Source: the human T2T-CHM13v2.0 reference genome, Homo sapiens
Assembly (NCBI RefSeq): GCF_009914755.1
Contig: NC_060930.1
Strand: one strand, 5' to 3'
DNA length: 64,000 bases
A model generated the notes under the pieces. It saw only the letters and a list, made by a program, of their open reading frames with translations, did no database searches and was not told the origin of the DNA. The first letter of the stretch is position 1. Each line of letters starts with the position of its first letter. A program made the position numbers and the translations under genes. Of this stretch, positions 1-14,837 are shown piece by piece.

Positions 1-2440
1 GATAATACCTCAGAATTGAACTAGGAAAAAAATAAAATCCTGAATAGACCAATATCAAGTTCTGAAATTGTATCAGTAACAAAAAACCTACCAACCAAAA
101 AAAGCCCTGGACCAGATGGATTTACAGTCAAATTCTCTCATATGTATAAAAAAGAACTGACATCAATCCTACTGAAACTATTCCAAAAAATTGAGGGAGA
201 CTCCTTCCTAACTAATTTTATGAAACAAGCATCAACCTGATACCACAATCTGGCAGAGACACAGTGAAAAAAAAAGTCAAAAACAAAACTTCCCGCCAGT
301 ATCCCTGATGAACATAGCCATAAAAATACTCAACAAAATACTAGCATACTGTATCCAGCAGCACATCAAAAAATTAATTCACCATGATCAAGAAGGTTTT
401 ATTCCTGTGATGCAAAGTTGTTTCAACCCATACAAATCTATAAATATGATTCACCACATAAACAGAATTAGACAGTAAAACCATATGATTATTTCAACAG
501 ATATAAAAAAAAGACTTTGATAAAATCCAACAGCCCTCCATGATAAAAAACTCTCAACAGAGTTGGCATCACAAAACATAGGTCAAAATAATAAAAGCCA
601 TCTATGGTAAACTCACAGCCAACATCATACCAAATAGGCCAAAGCTGGAGCCATTCCCCTTAAGAACTGCAAGACAAAGGTGCCCACTCTCACCACTCCT
701 ATTCAACATATACTAGAAGTTCTAGTCAGAGTAATAAAGTGAAAGAAAAAAATGAAAGGCATCCATATAGAAAAAGAAGATGACACTAATAAATGGAAAA
801 GCATTACATGCTCATGGATAGGAAGAATCAATATCATAAAAATAGCCATAATGCCCAAAGCAATTTAAAGATTCGACACTATTCCTAGCAAACTACCAAT
901 GTCATATGGAACCTAAAAAGATCCTAAATAACCAGTGCAATTCTAAGTAAATAGAACAAATCCAGAGACATTGTACTACCAAAGTTCAAACTATACTGTA
1001 AGGCCACAGTCACAAAAATAGCATGATACTTGTACAAAAACACACATGTAGATCAATGGTACAGAACAAAAAACCAGGAAATAAAGACTCACACTCACAA
1101 TCACCTGATCTTCAACAAGGTGGACAATAATAAGCAATTGGGATAGGACTACCTATTTAATAAGTAGTGCTGGGATAGTTGGCTAGTCACATACAGAAGA
1201 ATGAATCTGGACCCCTAACTTTCACCGTATACAAAGCTAACTCAAGATCGATTAAAGCTTTTAAAATAAGTCCTCAAACTAAAATCCTAGAAGAAAACCT
1301 AGAAAATACCCTTCTTGATGTTGGCCATGGCCAACAATTTTTGGCTAAGTCCCCAAAAGCAATTTCAACAAAAACAGAAATTGACAGGTGTGATGTAAAC
1401 TAAATTGCTTCTGCACAGAAAAATAAACTATTTACAAAGTAGACAACCTATAGAGTGGGAGAAAATATTCGCAAATATATACCAATCACCTTGTATCTGA
1501 CAAAAGTCTGATATCCAGAATCTATAATGAACTTAAACAAATCAAGAAACAAAAAAAATCTCATTAATAAATAGGCAACAGACGTTAACAGACACTTCTG
1601 AATAGAAGACATACAAGTGGCTGAAAAGTTCAACATCACTAATCATCAAAGAAATGCAAATCTATACCACAATGAGATACTATCTCATGCCACTCACAAT
1701 GGCTATTACTAAAAAGTAAAAAAAAAAAAAATAATAATAACAGATGCCAGCAAAGCTGTGGAGAATAGGGAATGCGTATACACTGTTGCTGGGTATATGA
1801 ATTAGTTCAGCCACTGTGGAAAGTAGTTTGGAGATTTCTCAAAGAACTTATCATAGAGCTACAATTTGTCCCAGCAACCCTATCATTGCATATATGCCCA
1901 AAGGAAACATAGATCATTCTACCACATGGACACATGTACCTAAATGTTCATCATCATGCTGTTCACTACAGCAAAGACATGGAATCAACTGAGGTGCTCA
2001 TTAGTGGTGGTGGATCGGGTAAAGAAAATGTGGTATAAATACATTATGGAGTACTACAGAGCCATAGAAAAAAGAACGAAATCAGGTCCTTTGCAGAAAC
2101 ATGGTTGCAGTTGGTGGTCATAATAATAAGCAAATTAGTGCAGGAACACAAAACCAAATATGGCATGTCCTCACTTATAAGTGGGAAATAAATACTGAGC
2201 ACACATGGACATAAACATGGGAAAAACAGACACTGTGGACTACTAGATGGGGTAGAAAAAACGGGTGATGTGAACTGAAAAACTACCTATCATGTACTAT
2301 GCGTACTACTTGGGTGATGTGATGCATACCCCAAACCTCAGCATCACACAACAGACTCGTGTAACAAACTTCCATATGTAACCTCATATCTAAACTAAAA
2401 GTTGAAATTTAAAACAAAAACAAAAGCAAAACAAAGCAAA
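1..2440 (+). mobile_element. Old LINE-1 (L1PB-like): 3' part of ORF2, 3' UTR and A-rich tail; degenerate, with internal deletions
   Basis: Recognisable ORF2 DNA (CCCTGGACCAGATGGATTTACAG; CCAGTATCCCTGATGAACATAG; ATGCTCATGGATAGGAAGAATCAATATC), L1PB-type 3' UTR (CCCCAAACCTCAGCATCACACAA), A-rich tail ~2410-2440; no long ORF. Confidence 0.9.
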
Positions 2441-3019
2441 CTAACTAGGTGAGATTATAGATGTGTTAACTGACTTGATCGTTGTTATCATTTCACATAA
2501 TATACACATACCAAATAATCAGATAGTATACATTAATCACACAATTTTTGAATTATACTTTATTAAACCTTCAAAATAAAAAAAAAGAAAATGTCATTTG
2601 GTATAAATAATGCAAGGTCTATCTATCTAATACCAATGAGAGTTGTTTCCTGTTAAGTACAGAGTTTTTGTGAATTATTATGGAATTTTTCCTGCATTTA
2701 TTGTGAAGTAGTAGTAATCATCGGAAATTGAAATTTGTTAATATTTTTACTTTTGAATATATTTTGGAAATGGAAAGTATAACGAGTTTTTTTCTTTTTA
2801 TAATTTATCACAATGTACTGAATCTGGGATGTACAAAATCAAATGTGTATTTATTTATTCAATCACTCAAATATGTTTGTAAAGCTTTCAAAATAGGCAT
2901 TACTCCTTTTTTAATGACGATCACAATCTAGTGGGTAATACCCATTTATTTCCTGCTGTTAATTAGATTGATTAAATGTTACCCTGTGTCCTTGTCTCAA
3001 AATGCAAACTCTGTCTACG

Positions 3020-3207
3020 TCTTTAGTGGAAAATCTGTTAAAATGCTGAGAACTAGTTTTCAGTCAAGTCAGTCAGCCAATGGCTTACATCTTTAGAGGA
3101 AAATCTGTTAAAATGCTGAGAACTAGTTTTCAGTCAAGTCAGTCAGCCAATGGCTTACATCTTTAGAGGAAAATCTGTTAAAATGCTGAGAACTAGTTTT
3201 CAGTCAA
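3020..3207. repeat. 70-bp tandem repeat, ~2.7 copies
   Basis: Unit TCTTTAGAGGAAAATCTGTTAAAATGCTGAGAACTAGTTTTCAGTCAAGTCAGTCAGCCAATGGCTTACA starts at 3020, 3090 and 3160; near-identical copies. Confidence 0.95.
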
Positions 3208-3298
3208 ATCAATTGAATAAATAAATACACATTTGAAATGACTTTGTGGGCATTAATAATTCACTTAATCTTTCTGCTTGGTACATTCTCACCTAGAT

Positions 3299-3582
3299 CA
3301 GCGTTTCTCAGCCTTGGCTGCAAATTTGTATCATCTGGAAGTAGGACATGATAAAGAGAGAGAGAGCTAGGGATACAGATAGACAGATACAGATAGAGAT
3401 ACAGATAGAGAGATACAGATAGATATACAGATAGTGAACTATCTCTGGGCATGAACAATCTCTGGGCATCAGGTAGAGATAGAGACAGATAGAAAATGAG
3501 AACCATCTCTGGGCATGAACCTGAGTATCTAAACTATTAACAATCTTGCCAGCTTACTCTGATGGACAGTTGAGAACCACTG
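3299..3582 (+). mobile_element. MER5A-like hAT-Charlie MITE interrupted by a (GA)/(GATA)-rich microsatellite
   Basis: Inverted termini CAGCGTTTCTCAGCC ... GTTGAGAACCACTG; simple repeat ~3355-3433. Confidence 0.65.
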
Positions 3583-4688
3583 GTCTATGCATGAAGCAAT
3601 GCTAATCAATTTAAATAAAAATCCCGTAAATATGTGTCTCCTAACACATCGCTATGGTCACATACTTCTTAATTATCATTTATGGCTGTTAGTGACTATT
3701 TTCACCTACCTACCACAGATATCATGAGAATAATTAAAATAGCTTGTGGAAGTACATTTAGGGGATTTCTTTAAAATTACAAAATAGAACTTGGCTATAA
3801 TCATCAAGATTATGACTAAAAAGGAGAAAAGAAATGCAAATTATGTTTTGGTCCTATAATTGGCTGTGTAATAACAATGGATTGACTCTGCATGTACACA
3901 GCATAAAGGGACAGAAAATGAGAATCTTAAGCCTGTGTTATTTGACCGAGGCAGTTTCTAAGGAATAATGCACTTTATACACAGACATTACAATACTTCT
4001 CAAGGATAAATAACCTACAAGTAATCCCGATTCCAAACGATGTTGCCAAGTACCTTTTGACTTTCATATCAGCTCTGAAGTGACTAGTAAATTGGATTAC
4101 CCCACTGGGCATATTTATAGCAGTATTTAATTTTAACTACGCAGAATGCACCTGTTTACTTAGACCTGATTTTAATATCAGAGTATCTGTGGAAGGCTTA
4201 ATACAAATCCTTTTAAGAACTCTATTGACAGAATTTTCCAGCAGAAAAGTTAGTTTAAAAAAGTCAGAAGAGCAGGAACTACATCACTTTGCCTTGATTG
4301 GAAGAGACAAAGAGATTTTGAATTATTCTTAGGAAGATTTTTAAAAATCTAAAAATATTTGCTAAATATATGGAAGTGGTAGGTTTTCATTTAATCAACA
4401 AATTATTCAAGAAACTACAAATCTTGACTGTTGTTTTACATGAATATGGTACAGTAGGCTAATATATTAAACCATTATTATTAACAAATATGGCTCCTAA
4501 GTGACATTAAGAAGAGATAAAAGAAGGGATGAGCAAACCTGTGTACTAAAATACTTTTAAATATATGATAATAAAGTCAAACTAATTTAGCTTACTTTTT
4601 GCTTTTTGATATTGCAATAGACTTTTAATTTCTCTGACATTTGAATTCACGCACAAAGTCATCATGTCTCTCCATCCCCATGCTGTGA

Positions 4689-5068
<380 letters not shown>

Positions 5069-6116
5069 TCCAAATCTTATATAACAGTCTTTCATAAAAA
5101 ATCTGAAGAATAAATTGTAGTATTTATACTGTGATTATTCTAATTGCTCTGTAATTTCAAATGCAGAAAAACTGGTCAGTTAATGCAGTAGCATGTCTAA
5201 TACTATGTGGTTAACTAATTGCTCTCCCAACCAATATGTAATTATATTATGAGAAATAAATCTATATATTTATGGGAGTGACAGAAACCTAAATGGACAT
5301 TTCACTATTTTATTTGCACAGTTAGAATTTGTGGAATTCTAAGTACTAATATAGATTTAAGACATATGTCTTCACACATAGATGTTACTAGATATTATAT
5401 GTTGTGGGGGAAAATTATTGACAATCAACCCAAACAAAAGCAAAACACTTAATAAAACTCATTGTGGAAGAAATTGAAGATGAGAAAAAATATGGAATAT
5501 ATACATGGCCTTAGTCACTTTTTATATCACTTTTTTCTAATTGTTTGAATGAGATAGTCATATCTGGCCTAGGAAACTCATTCTGTGAGTAAACTCCGAA
5601 ATAGTGTTGCTAAATTACTTGTTCCTAGTCACAATTTCAGAAAGTGGTAATAGTGAAATTATATTCCAGTTGTTGATTTTCTCTCCAAACCTCTTTTTGC
5701 TACAATTGGTTAGCATTATTCAAATCAAAACTTTAGAGTTTAGCCATATAATTTTTATGACTATTGGAGTAATTTTGATTTATAACAGATAATTACTTAA
5801 TCGCTGGGAATAGGACTTTTGGCAAATTTCATATGAACGTCTTCTGTTTTCAATTACTGAAACATATTTGTAGAATTTACTCAGATTACTCACGGCCAAG
5901 ACATGCACGCTCCCAATGACTGCTGCTGAGCTTCCTATTTCACAGTAGCCACAACTGTATAAAATATGGCTACTGTGTTATATACCAAACTTTCCTAATC
6001 ATGATTAAATAATCAAGTTTTATGACTCTCCTCTTTTAGAAGATGCAGTATGAACAAAATCATTATTGAGAAAGACCCTACTATGAATCTGTAGCTCTAT
6101 TACTGACATCACACAT

Positions 6117-7148
<1,032 letters not shown>

Positions 7149-7636
7149 TGATTTCTCTTATTTTTTACAAACATACAAACCTTGCCTATATGGAATTAGT
7201 GTCTGTATTTCAGAAAAATTAAGTTTCTGATTTCATATGTAGAAATTCATAGAATGCAGAAATTCCAAACCTGAATTTCCTAAATATTTTTCATAAGACC
7301 TTCTACATAAATAATTCTGATCTATTTAGGGAATAATCTAATTTATTTGAATTTTTTTCTGTTAATCTACTATAAAACAAAGAAATAATATGTGGATTAA
7401 TTACAATCAGAGATTTTGGTTACAACCATGGATATATTATGAATGTTCACCTCTCAACACTAGATTATAGAAGAAATAAGACTGAAGTGAGGGATTTAGG
7501 AGAAATATACTTACATACACAATCATATACATATATTTATAAACATACATATGTGTGTAACACATAGTGTATAAATAATAATTTTATCAATCGCATTTTC
7601 ACATTTGTTTTTTTTTTTCCTTTTGAAATAGTTCTT

Positions 7637-8470
7637 TTTTTTTTTATTATACTTTAAGTTTTAGGGTACATGTGCACATTGTGCAGGTTAGTTACATATG
7701 TATACATGTGCCGTGCTGGTGCGCTGCACCCACTAACTCGTCATCTAGCATTAGGTATATCTCCCAATGCTATCCCTCCCCCCTTCCCCCACCCCACAAC
7801 AGTCCCCAGAGTGTGTTATTCCCCTTCCTGTGTCCATGTGATCTCATTGTTCAATTCCCACCTATGAGTGAGAATATGCGGTGTTTGGTTTTTTGTTCTT
7901 GCGATAGTTTACTGAGAATGATGATTTCCAATTTCATCCATGTCCCTATAAAGGACGTGAACTCATCATTTTTTATGGCTGCATAGTATTCCATGGTGTA
8001 TATGTGCCACATTTTCTTAATCCAGTCTATCATTGTTGGACATTTGGGTTGGTTCCAAGTCTTTGCTATTGTGAATAATGCCGCAATAAACATACGTGTG
8101 CATGTGTCTTTATAGCAGCATGATTTATAGTCATTTGGGTATATACCCAGTAATGGGATGGCTGGGTCAAATGGTATTTCTAGTTCTAGATCCCTGAGGA
8201 ATCGCCACACTGACTTCCACAATGGTTGAACTAGTTTACAGTCCCACCAACAGTGTAAAAGTGTTCCTGTTTCTCCACATCCTCTCCAGCACCCGTTGTT
8301 TCCTGACTTTTTAATGATTGCCATTCTAACTGGTGTGAGATGGTATCTCATAGTGGTTTTGATTTGCATTTCTTTGATGGCCAGTGATGGTGAGCATTTT
8401 TTCATGTGTTTTTTGGCTGCATAAATGTCTTCTTTTGAGAAGTGTCTGTTCATGTCCTTCGCCCACTTTT
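7637..8470 (-). mobile_element. Young 5'-truncated LINE-1 (L1PA2-like), ~830 bp; includes the last 200 codons of ORF2 with the CCHC domain
   Basis: ORF 7851..8453(-) is the L1 ORF2p C-terminus ([18 protein letters not shown] ... FSLIGGN*); 3' UTR has GAG, not the Ta ACA diagnostic; poly(A); 6-bp TSD GTTCTT at 7631-7636 and 8471-8476. Confidence 0.95.
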
Positions 8471-9977
8471 GTTCTTAAAGACACCAAATAAGTCAGTGCC
8501 TTCTGTATCTCTTTACAATTTTTGTAGGTTTGATTTTAAATTAAATAACTATATATTTCAGTTTAAAGTTATCAAATCCATGTCTACTATCTGATCATAT
8601 TTATTTCAGGAAAAAACTCTGTGTATTTGAAATTAATAAACAACCTATAATGTTGTTTACTATGTATTAATCACGATTTTAAAAACGTACAACAATAGCA
8701 AACAAACTTGAACAAAGACATGCAACTCATTCCAGAGGAATGAGAGATGTTTTTTCCAAGAAACTAATTTTCATCTCATTAATTATTTTAATGTCTCATT
8801 TTTACCAAATTATACAAATAATATGCAAATAAGTGATTAAAATAATGTGACAAAATCATAATGACCTCTAAAAATTATGATGAGCTGCAAAAAGAATACT
8901 CATTAACAAGGTTGTACAATTAATTTCATAAAAATGTTCCAAATGCAATTTGGCAGAAGAAAGATGCACAGGTTCCAGAAACAATTTATAGTGTTTATTG
9001 AAACATGCATATTTCCCAATTAAAATCCACTGATGAAATTTTTAAAATTTAACTTTTGAATGTCTTTATTCTATTTTATTAGATAGTTCTTTATCTTCAA
9101 ATATAATACTGATAAATCTGAGGACTTGCCAAGTAATATGCTGTGGTAAGTAAGAATATTGGAATTTGTCCCTGTACTATTCCAGGTAAACATTGATGAG
9201 AATAAAAGATATATACAAAATTAAATAATTCAGATATTAAAAATTTAGATAATTAAAGAATTAAAAAAAAACCCAGAAGTATAAACATAGAAACATGCCA
9301 AAGTTCTGTAAGAAAGATTCCAAGTAACACATTTGAGAATACATTAAGGAGCAATATTATGAGTACATAAATAATTCTAAACAAAAGATCATTAATGCAA
9401 GTGAAAATAAATATTAGGAAGTTTAAGTTCCTACCTTTAGACCAAAGAAGCTAACATAAATTAAGAAAAAATATACAAATGCAGATATAGGGTATAGAGT
9501 TCATTAGGTAGCCCCTACTATCAGACTTGTGTTTATTATTCAGTACTGAGGGCATTAGAATCCACAATGGATTAGAGAAAAACATAAACAAAGGACCAGA
9601 GCAGTGTAGTCCTAAAGAAAACCTACTATAGATTTGCAAAGTTGCATTAAGTTAGTAGGTAGGGGAAAGGACAGAATACCTGTCTAACAGAACTCCTACC
9701 ATCCCGTTTTTCTTTTGCTTTCTGTTTGAAATCATTAGTTTATTTCCACAATGCCTCACAAGGATATTGCCCCAAATGAACATACCTGGATGAATTTCAT
9801 TAAATTATATAGACGTGTAAAGCATATTCATATACATTCTCCCTACATATATAATTTGCCCAATTCTCTGTGCCTGAATATTTGAAAAGGATATTTGATC
9901 AGCATCTAATTGGACTATGAGGGAGCTGGTGATAGGTCCTACCGTTCACCAACACTGGGCTCCCTAAATTATAAGGG

Positions 9978-10180
9978 GACGCAGTGCGGCATAGCAGTTA
10001 AGAGTTCCGTTACTCCAGAGTCAGACAGACCAGATTGCAATCTCAACTGCACCACTTACTAAATGTGTGACCTTGGCCAATATTTATATTATCCAATTTA
10101 CAGCTACTCCAACTGTTGTCAAAACAAAACTAGTTATGATAATGCTCCCTATCTGCTAAAACCACTGTGAAGGTTAAATC
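9978..10180 (+). mobile_element. MIR fragment
   Basis: GCATAGCAGTTAAGAG ... GAGTCAGACAGACC ... CACCACTTACTAAATGTGTGACCTTGGCCAA core. Confidence 0.75.
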
Positions 10181-11532
10181 AAATAATCCCTGACCGATGA
10201 CAGACTGATAATAATCCCTGACCGCTGACAGACAGACTAAGAGAGAGGGAGCGAAAGAGAGAGAGAAAGAATGCTATGTGAAACAAAATCTGCAATACTA
10301 GCAAAAGAAGAAAAAACCTTTTATATTGGGAAAAAAAGAAAGAATAAGAATTTCAGAAAAATACTGCTTATTTTTCTTAATAAGAGTCTCATAGTTTGGA
10401 TTTTCTAGAAGTAGAATTTAAGACAGTGATTCATATGCATACATTTTATTGGGCATACTTCTGTCAGACAAGGCCAATTCTTTGGAGTGAGCTGACATCA
10501 CCTGGCAGCTGGAGATCGCTCACTGACCCAGTAAAGAATATCTAGGTAGGGCACTGTCCAACCCTTGCAAGCCTCAGATGAATATGGCTCTCACATTAAG
10601 TTCACCATATCCATGGTTACAAAACGCTGCCCACTCATAGCTCAATGTGGGCAACTGTGCAATTGGCATTATGCTTCAGAGTCAAACTTTATGAAATACA
10701 TTTTATGTAGCCAAACCTTCCACTAGGAGCTTTAAAAAAACATAAAAATAAAAAGGTTTAAGAGGAAATTTTAATACACTAACAGGCCACTTAGAGAATA
10801 TTTCAGTGTTCAAATGCAAATTCTTAGCATGGTATGGTTTTTCAATTGTTAAAAAAAATTGAATTCAAAAACTGTATATATAAAATGTTACATTTTTCTC
10901 TAAATTAAGAGTCTCAAACTCCAGTGAAATTAATTTTAAAATTCTTAATATCAAATACGTATATTAGCAGTTTTTTAAGATTAAACATAGTCTATTTATT
11001 TATGAAGCTGTTTGGACATTTTACTATTTTTCAGGTGAACTATCTGGATTCTGCTTACCTAGACAATGTACATTGGACTTTTGACAGGAATTATTACACT
11101 CTTTATCTTTCATGGTGAAATAGTTCTTATTACATTAGACTACTGGTTTAAATTTTAAAAATATTGTAAATGTATGAAACAACAACATACATGGAGAGTT
11201 CTATAAATTATATATAATGACAAAGCTTGGGAGATAATTATTGACAATGTTACTGATGCTATACATTAGTTGAATTGCTAATTAAAAATAAATGTCATGG
11301 TCAGTGAGGTTTCCCACTTAAACCATGCATTGTGTCTCCTTTGGGTACAACCATTTGATTTTTTAAACGATTTTTTTTCTAATCCATGCATCCATTTTCG
11401 TTAATTTGATTTCTTCCTTTTATCCTTCATTACATAAAGTTAGTTTTACCCTGGACTGATTCTCTCTACACTGGATAGTGAAAGGTAGTCTGAGAGATTA
11501 ATCTTGTATTCATTTTTTCATATTGCACATTA

Positions 11533-11920
11533 GGGACTTAGTTCATTTTATACTCATAACAGACTCTCACAGACTTGTTAATTTATAATGAACCATGGTT
11601 CGTGGTTCTGGAGACTGGAAATTCAAATGCATAGCAACGGCATCTGGTGAGTGCCTACATTCTCTGTCATCCCATGGCAGAAAGCAGAAGGTCAAGAGTA
11701 GGCAAAAGCAAGCGAGCAAGAATGGGCCAAACTTGTCTTTATAACAAACCCATTCTCATAATTAACTAACCCACTCCAAGGAAAATGATATTAGTCCATT
11801 CATGAGGGCAGAACTCTCATAATTTAATCACCTCTTATTAGGCCCTAACTCCCAACACCATTACATTGAGAATTAGGTTTCCAACACATAAACTTTGGGG
11901 GACACATTCAAACCATAGCA
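11533..11920 (-). mobile_element. MaLR solo LTR (MST/MLT1A-like)
   Basis: Ends TTTGGGGGACACATTCAAACCATAGCA (reverse complement of TGCTATGGTTTGAATGTGTCC); CATTCATGAGGGCAG motif. Confidence 0.8.
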
Positions 11921-12664
11921 GGTATATAATTAAATTAATGGTTTTGTCTAGCTCTGAATTACTAGATATGGCAGAAAATCATTTCTACAGTTGAGATTTT
12001 AAATGTAGAGCATCTTGAATTCCTTTATTGTTTTTATATGCAAGTTCTCTTTATGTATCAGTGAAGAGGGGCTAAAATATTACAGAAAATTGCTTCAGAC
12101 TGATGATTAGTAAATTGCAAAGCTTGTAATGGTTTATCTGAGCAGGGTAAGCTATTCTAAGCTCACTACCTCTTATTAAATAATGTGGAGAGTTCAACAA
12201 AACAGAATTTTAATCAAATTATAAATACTTATGGGTAGTTGGCTCTCTTTCTCCCCTTAGTATTCATTTGGATTTTAAAATTGTTTTAATTGAGAAAAAC
12301 TGACATTGCCCTGACTTGCCTACCCTTTTCTTTGCAGCTGAAATTTCAATGCTACAGAGAAGAGAGAACAAGATAAACATGTTTCTTCATCTTAATGTAC
12401 CTCTGTATAAGTTCTTGCATTCAATTACACATAATCAATGTATAGAATGTTCCTCATACAATGGGCATTCCACCTTGTATGTGCACACATGGATTAAAAA
12501 TATAACTTCTGTACAAATTATATTGACAGCTTCTGTGTCTTACCTTTAAAGACATGCACATGTTTGCATTTCCATTTTTGGAGGATGGACATTTAATTAC
12601 AATTTTAGATTTATGGTCCACCATAAGGGAAATAACATAGCTAAAAATGAAAGAAAAAGATTCC

Positions 12665-12780
12665 GAGCTTAATTTCTGGGTGATGTAATGTTATGTACAA
12701 CAACCCCCCCATGACATGTGTTTATCTATATAACAAACCTTCGCATGTACCCGTAAACCTAAAATATAAACTTTTTAAAA
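12665..12780 (+). mobile_element. Short L1PA 3'-UTR fragment
   Basis: GGGTGATGTAATG ... CATGACATGTGTTTATCTATATAACAAACCTTCGCATGTACCC. Confidence 0.7.
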
Positions 12781-12994
12781 AGATTGATTCCAACATTAGG
12801 AAGTCAATGTTTCTTCTTTAAATTGCAATCTAGAGAAAGATGCTACTATAGTTTTGCTTTATTATTATATTTGTATTTTAATATTTTACTATAAAATGTA
12901 TTTTATTATGATTATAATAATTTTTAATTAAACATCTCAATAACAAAGTCCTCACAATTTCATATATGTCCGTGATATACTAAAGTTTCTGCAA

Positions 12995-14261
12995 GTATTG
13001 AAAAGTGCTTAAAATGAGAAGCAACATATATGTTGTTGATTATCATCCAAAGGCTATGGGTAAAAAAGCAAGGAGTGCTCTAGAAGGGCAAAAAAACAGA
13101 CTGGACATAGAAAGACTCTCACCACACTGACAAAAGGTCCCTATTATATTTTTAAATTAAAAATAACAATAATTATTATATGCATTCATTCTTAAATACT
13201 ACCTAGTAAACACACATTTTTAATCAGTGATTGGATTCCATCATTCTCAACCCTTCTGTAACCTTTAAAAACTTAAGACATGTTTATCTTGCCTATCCAA
13301 ACAACAATGAGATGGTATCAATGGAGCATACAGAATACTTTGGTTTGTGTTGATATGTTAAAAACAAGAAAACAAACAAAAAACCAATTGATTTTTATTT
13401 TAGGACAGACAGTGGAACAAAGATATAAAATAATATATGTCATAAACCTTTGCACAGCAGTGCTGACGTGATCTTAACATCTGCCTATATTATAAAAAGG
13501 AAGTTAAGCTTGAATATGAAATGTGAAAAAAATAGCCTATTCAATTAAAAAGACTGATTTGGGAGATGAACATTAAACACTAAGCAAATGCCCTTAGTGA
13601 GTTAGCAGGTGGTTAAAGAAATTACAGCAAAACGGTGGACTCCAGAGTCCTGAAGGGGTAATCAGCACAATGCCTGAGATGAAATGGTTAGGAAGCAGAC
13701 TGTGATGTCTATTGCCAGAAAGATGATCAATGGTACGAGATATTTTGCACTCGAATTAGACAATAATGTGGCTCTTCCTACTAAAGCAGTAGAATAAAAC
13801 ATCATCTTTCACTTCAGCTCCTGGAGAAGATGATAATGTTTTTAGCAGAGTTCAAAAGGAATAGTGACTCAGGTTTTAGAGAGAGCTGCCAGGTGAAGCA
13901 AACAAGCAAAACAATTGCATGTTTAAAAAATTAAACAAGTAGCCAACATTTGGAAAATTATATTATGGAAAAGAAAAACCTTTCCAAATTTGCAGGATAA
14001 AGTCTCTGAAAGTGTCGAAAGGGACTTAAAATGAGAAGCTACAAATATGTTCATTATCGAACAATGGCCATGGGTAAAAAAGCAAGGAGTGCTCAAGAAG
14101 GGAAGAAAAACAAAATGGAAGAGACAGACTAACACCACATGGATAAACAGACTTTATTATATTTTAAAATTATATACAGTAATTATTATTATACATTCAT
14201 TCATAAATTCTATATAAGTAAACATACATTCTAATCACAGTGTTTGAATTCCATTTTTCTC

Positions 14262-14298
<37 letters not shown>

Positions 14299-14328
14299 AA
14301 AGCCTGTAACCTTTGAAAGCCTAAAATG
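12995..14328. repeat. Diverged direct duplication of ~280 bp (copies ~12995-13275 and ~14010-14328)
   Basis: Identical 25-mer ATGGGTAAAAAAGCAAGGAGTGCTC at 13056-13080 and 14070-14094; colinear similarity on both sides (CTTAAAATGAGAAGC, CATTCATTC, CTGTAACCTTT); (CA)n inserted in copy 2. Confidence 0.85.
14265..14296. repeat. (CA)n microsatellite
   Basis: Uninterrupted CA run. Confidence 0.95.
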
Positions 14329-14442
14329 TAGGAGTTCCTCCACGTACTCACTTCATAGTTCAGATGGATCTTACCAGATTATTAGCAACAAGAATTCAGT
14401 GCCTATATCACAGTTAAAATTATAGTTAAAATATTTAATAGA

Positions 14443-14806
14443 GGGACACCCACCCTCAATGCGGGTGGGCACCATCCAATTGGTCAGGGGTATGGATAAA
14501 ACAAAAATGCGTAGGAAAGCTCACTCTCTCCTGGACCTAAGACACCCTCCTTCTGGTGCTTTTGGACATCCAAACTCCAGGCTCTCTGGCCTTGGGATTC
14601 CAGGAGTTGCAAAGTGGCTGTCTGAGTTCTCAGGCCGTTGGCCTCTGACTGAGAGTTATACCATCAGTTTCCCTAGTTCTGAAGCTTCAGGACTTGGAGA
14701 AAGCTACTCTACTCTCTTCCCTGGTTCTCCAGCTTGCAGACAACCTATCCTGGAACTTCTCAGCCCCCATAATCGCATGATCCAATTCCTCTAATAAATG
14801 TAGAGA

Positions 14807-14837
<31 letters not shown>

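Noticed and set aside
3020-3207. CRISPR-like array
   Set aside because: Head-to-tail repeats without unique spacers, in primate DNA with no cas genes.
7735-7745. Human-specific L1HS-Ta
   Set aside because: The diagnostic position reads GAG (ATGACGAGTTAG), not ACA or ACG, here and in the 25350 insertion.
7851-8453. 200-aa ORF as a host gene
   Set aside because: It is the ORF2 C-terminus of a 5'-truncated L1 with a TSD; no promoter, endonuclease or RT domain.
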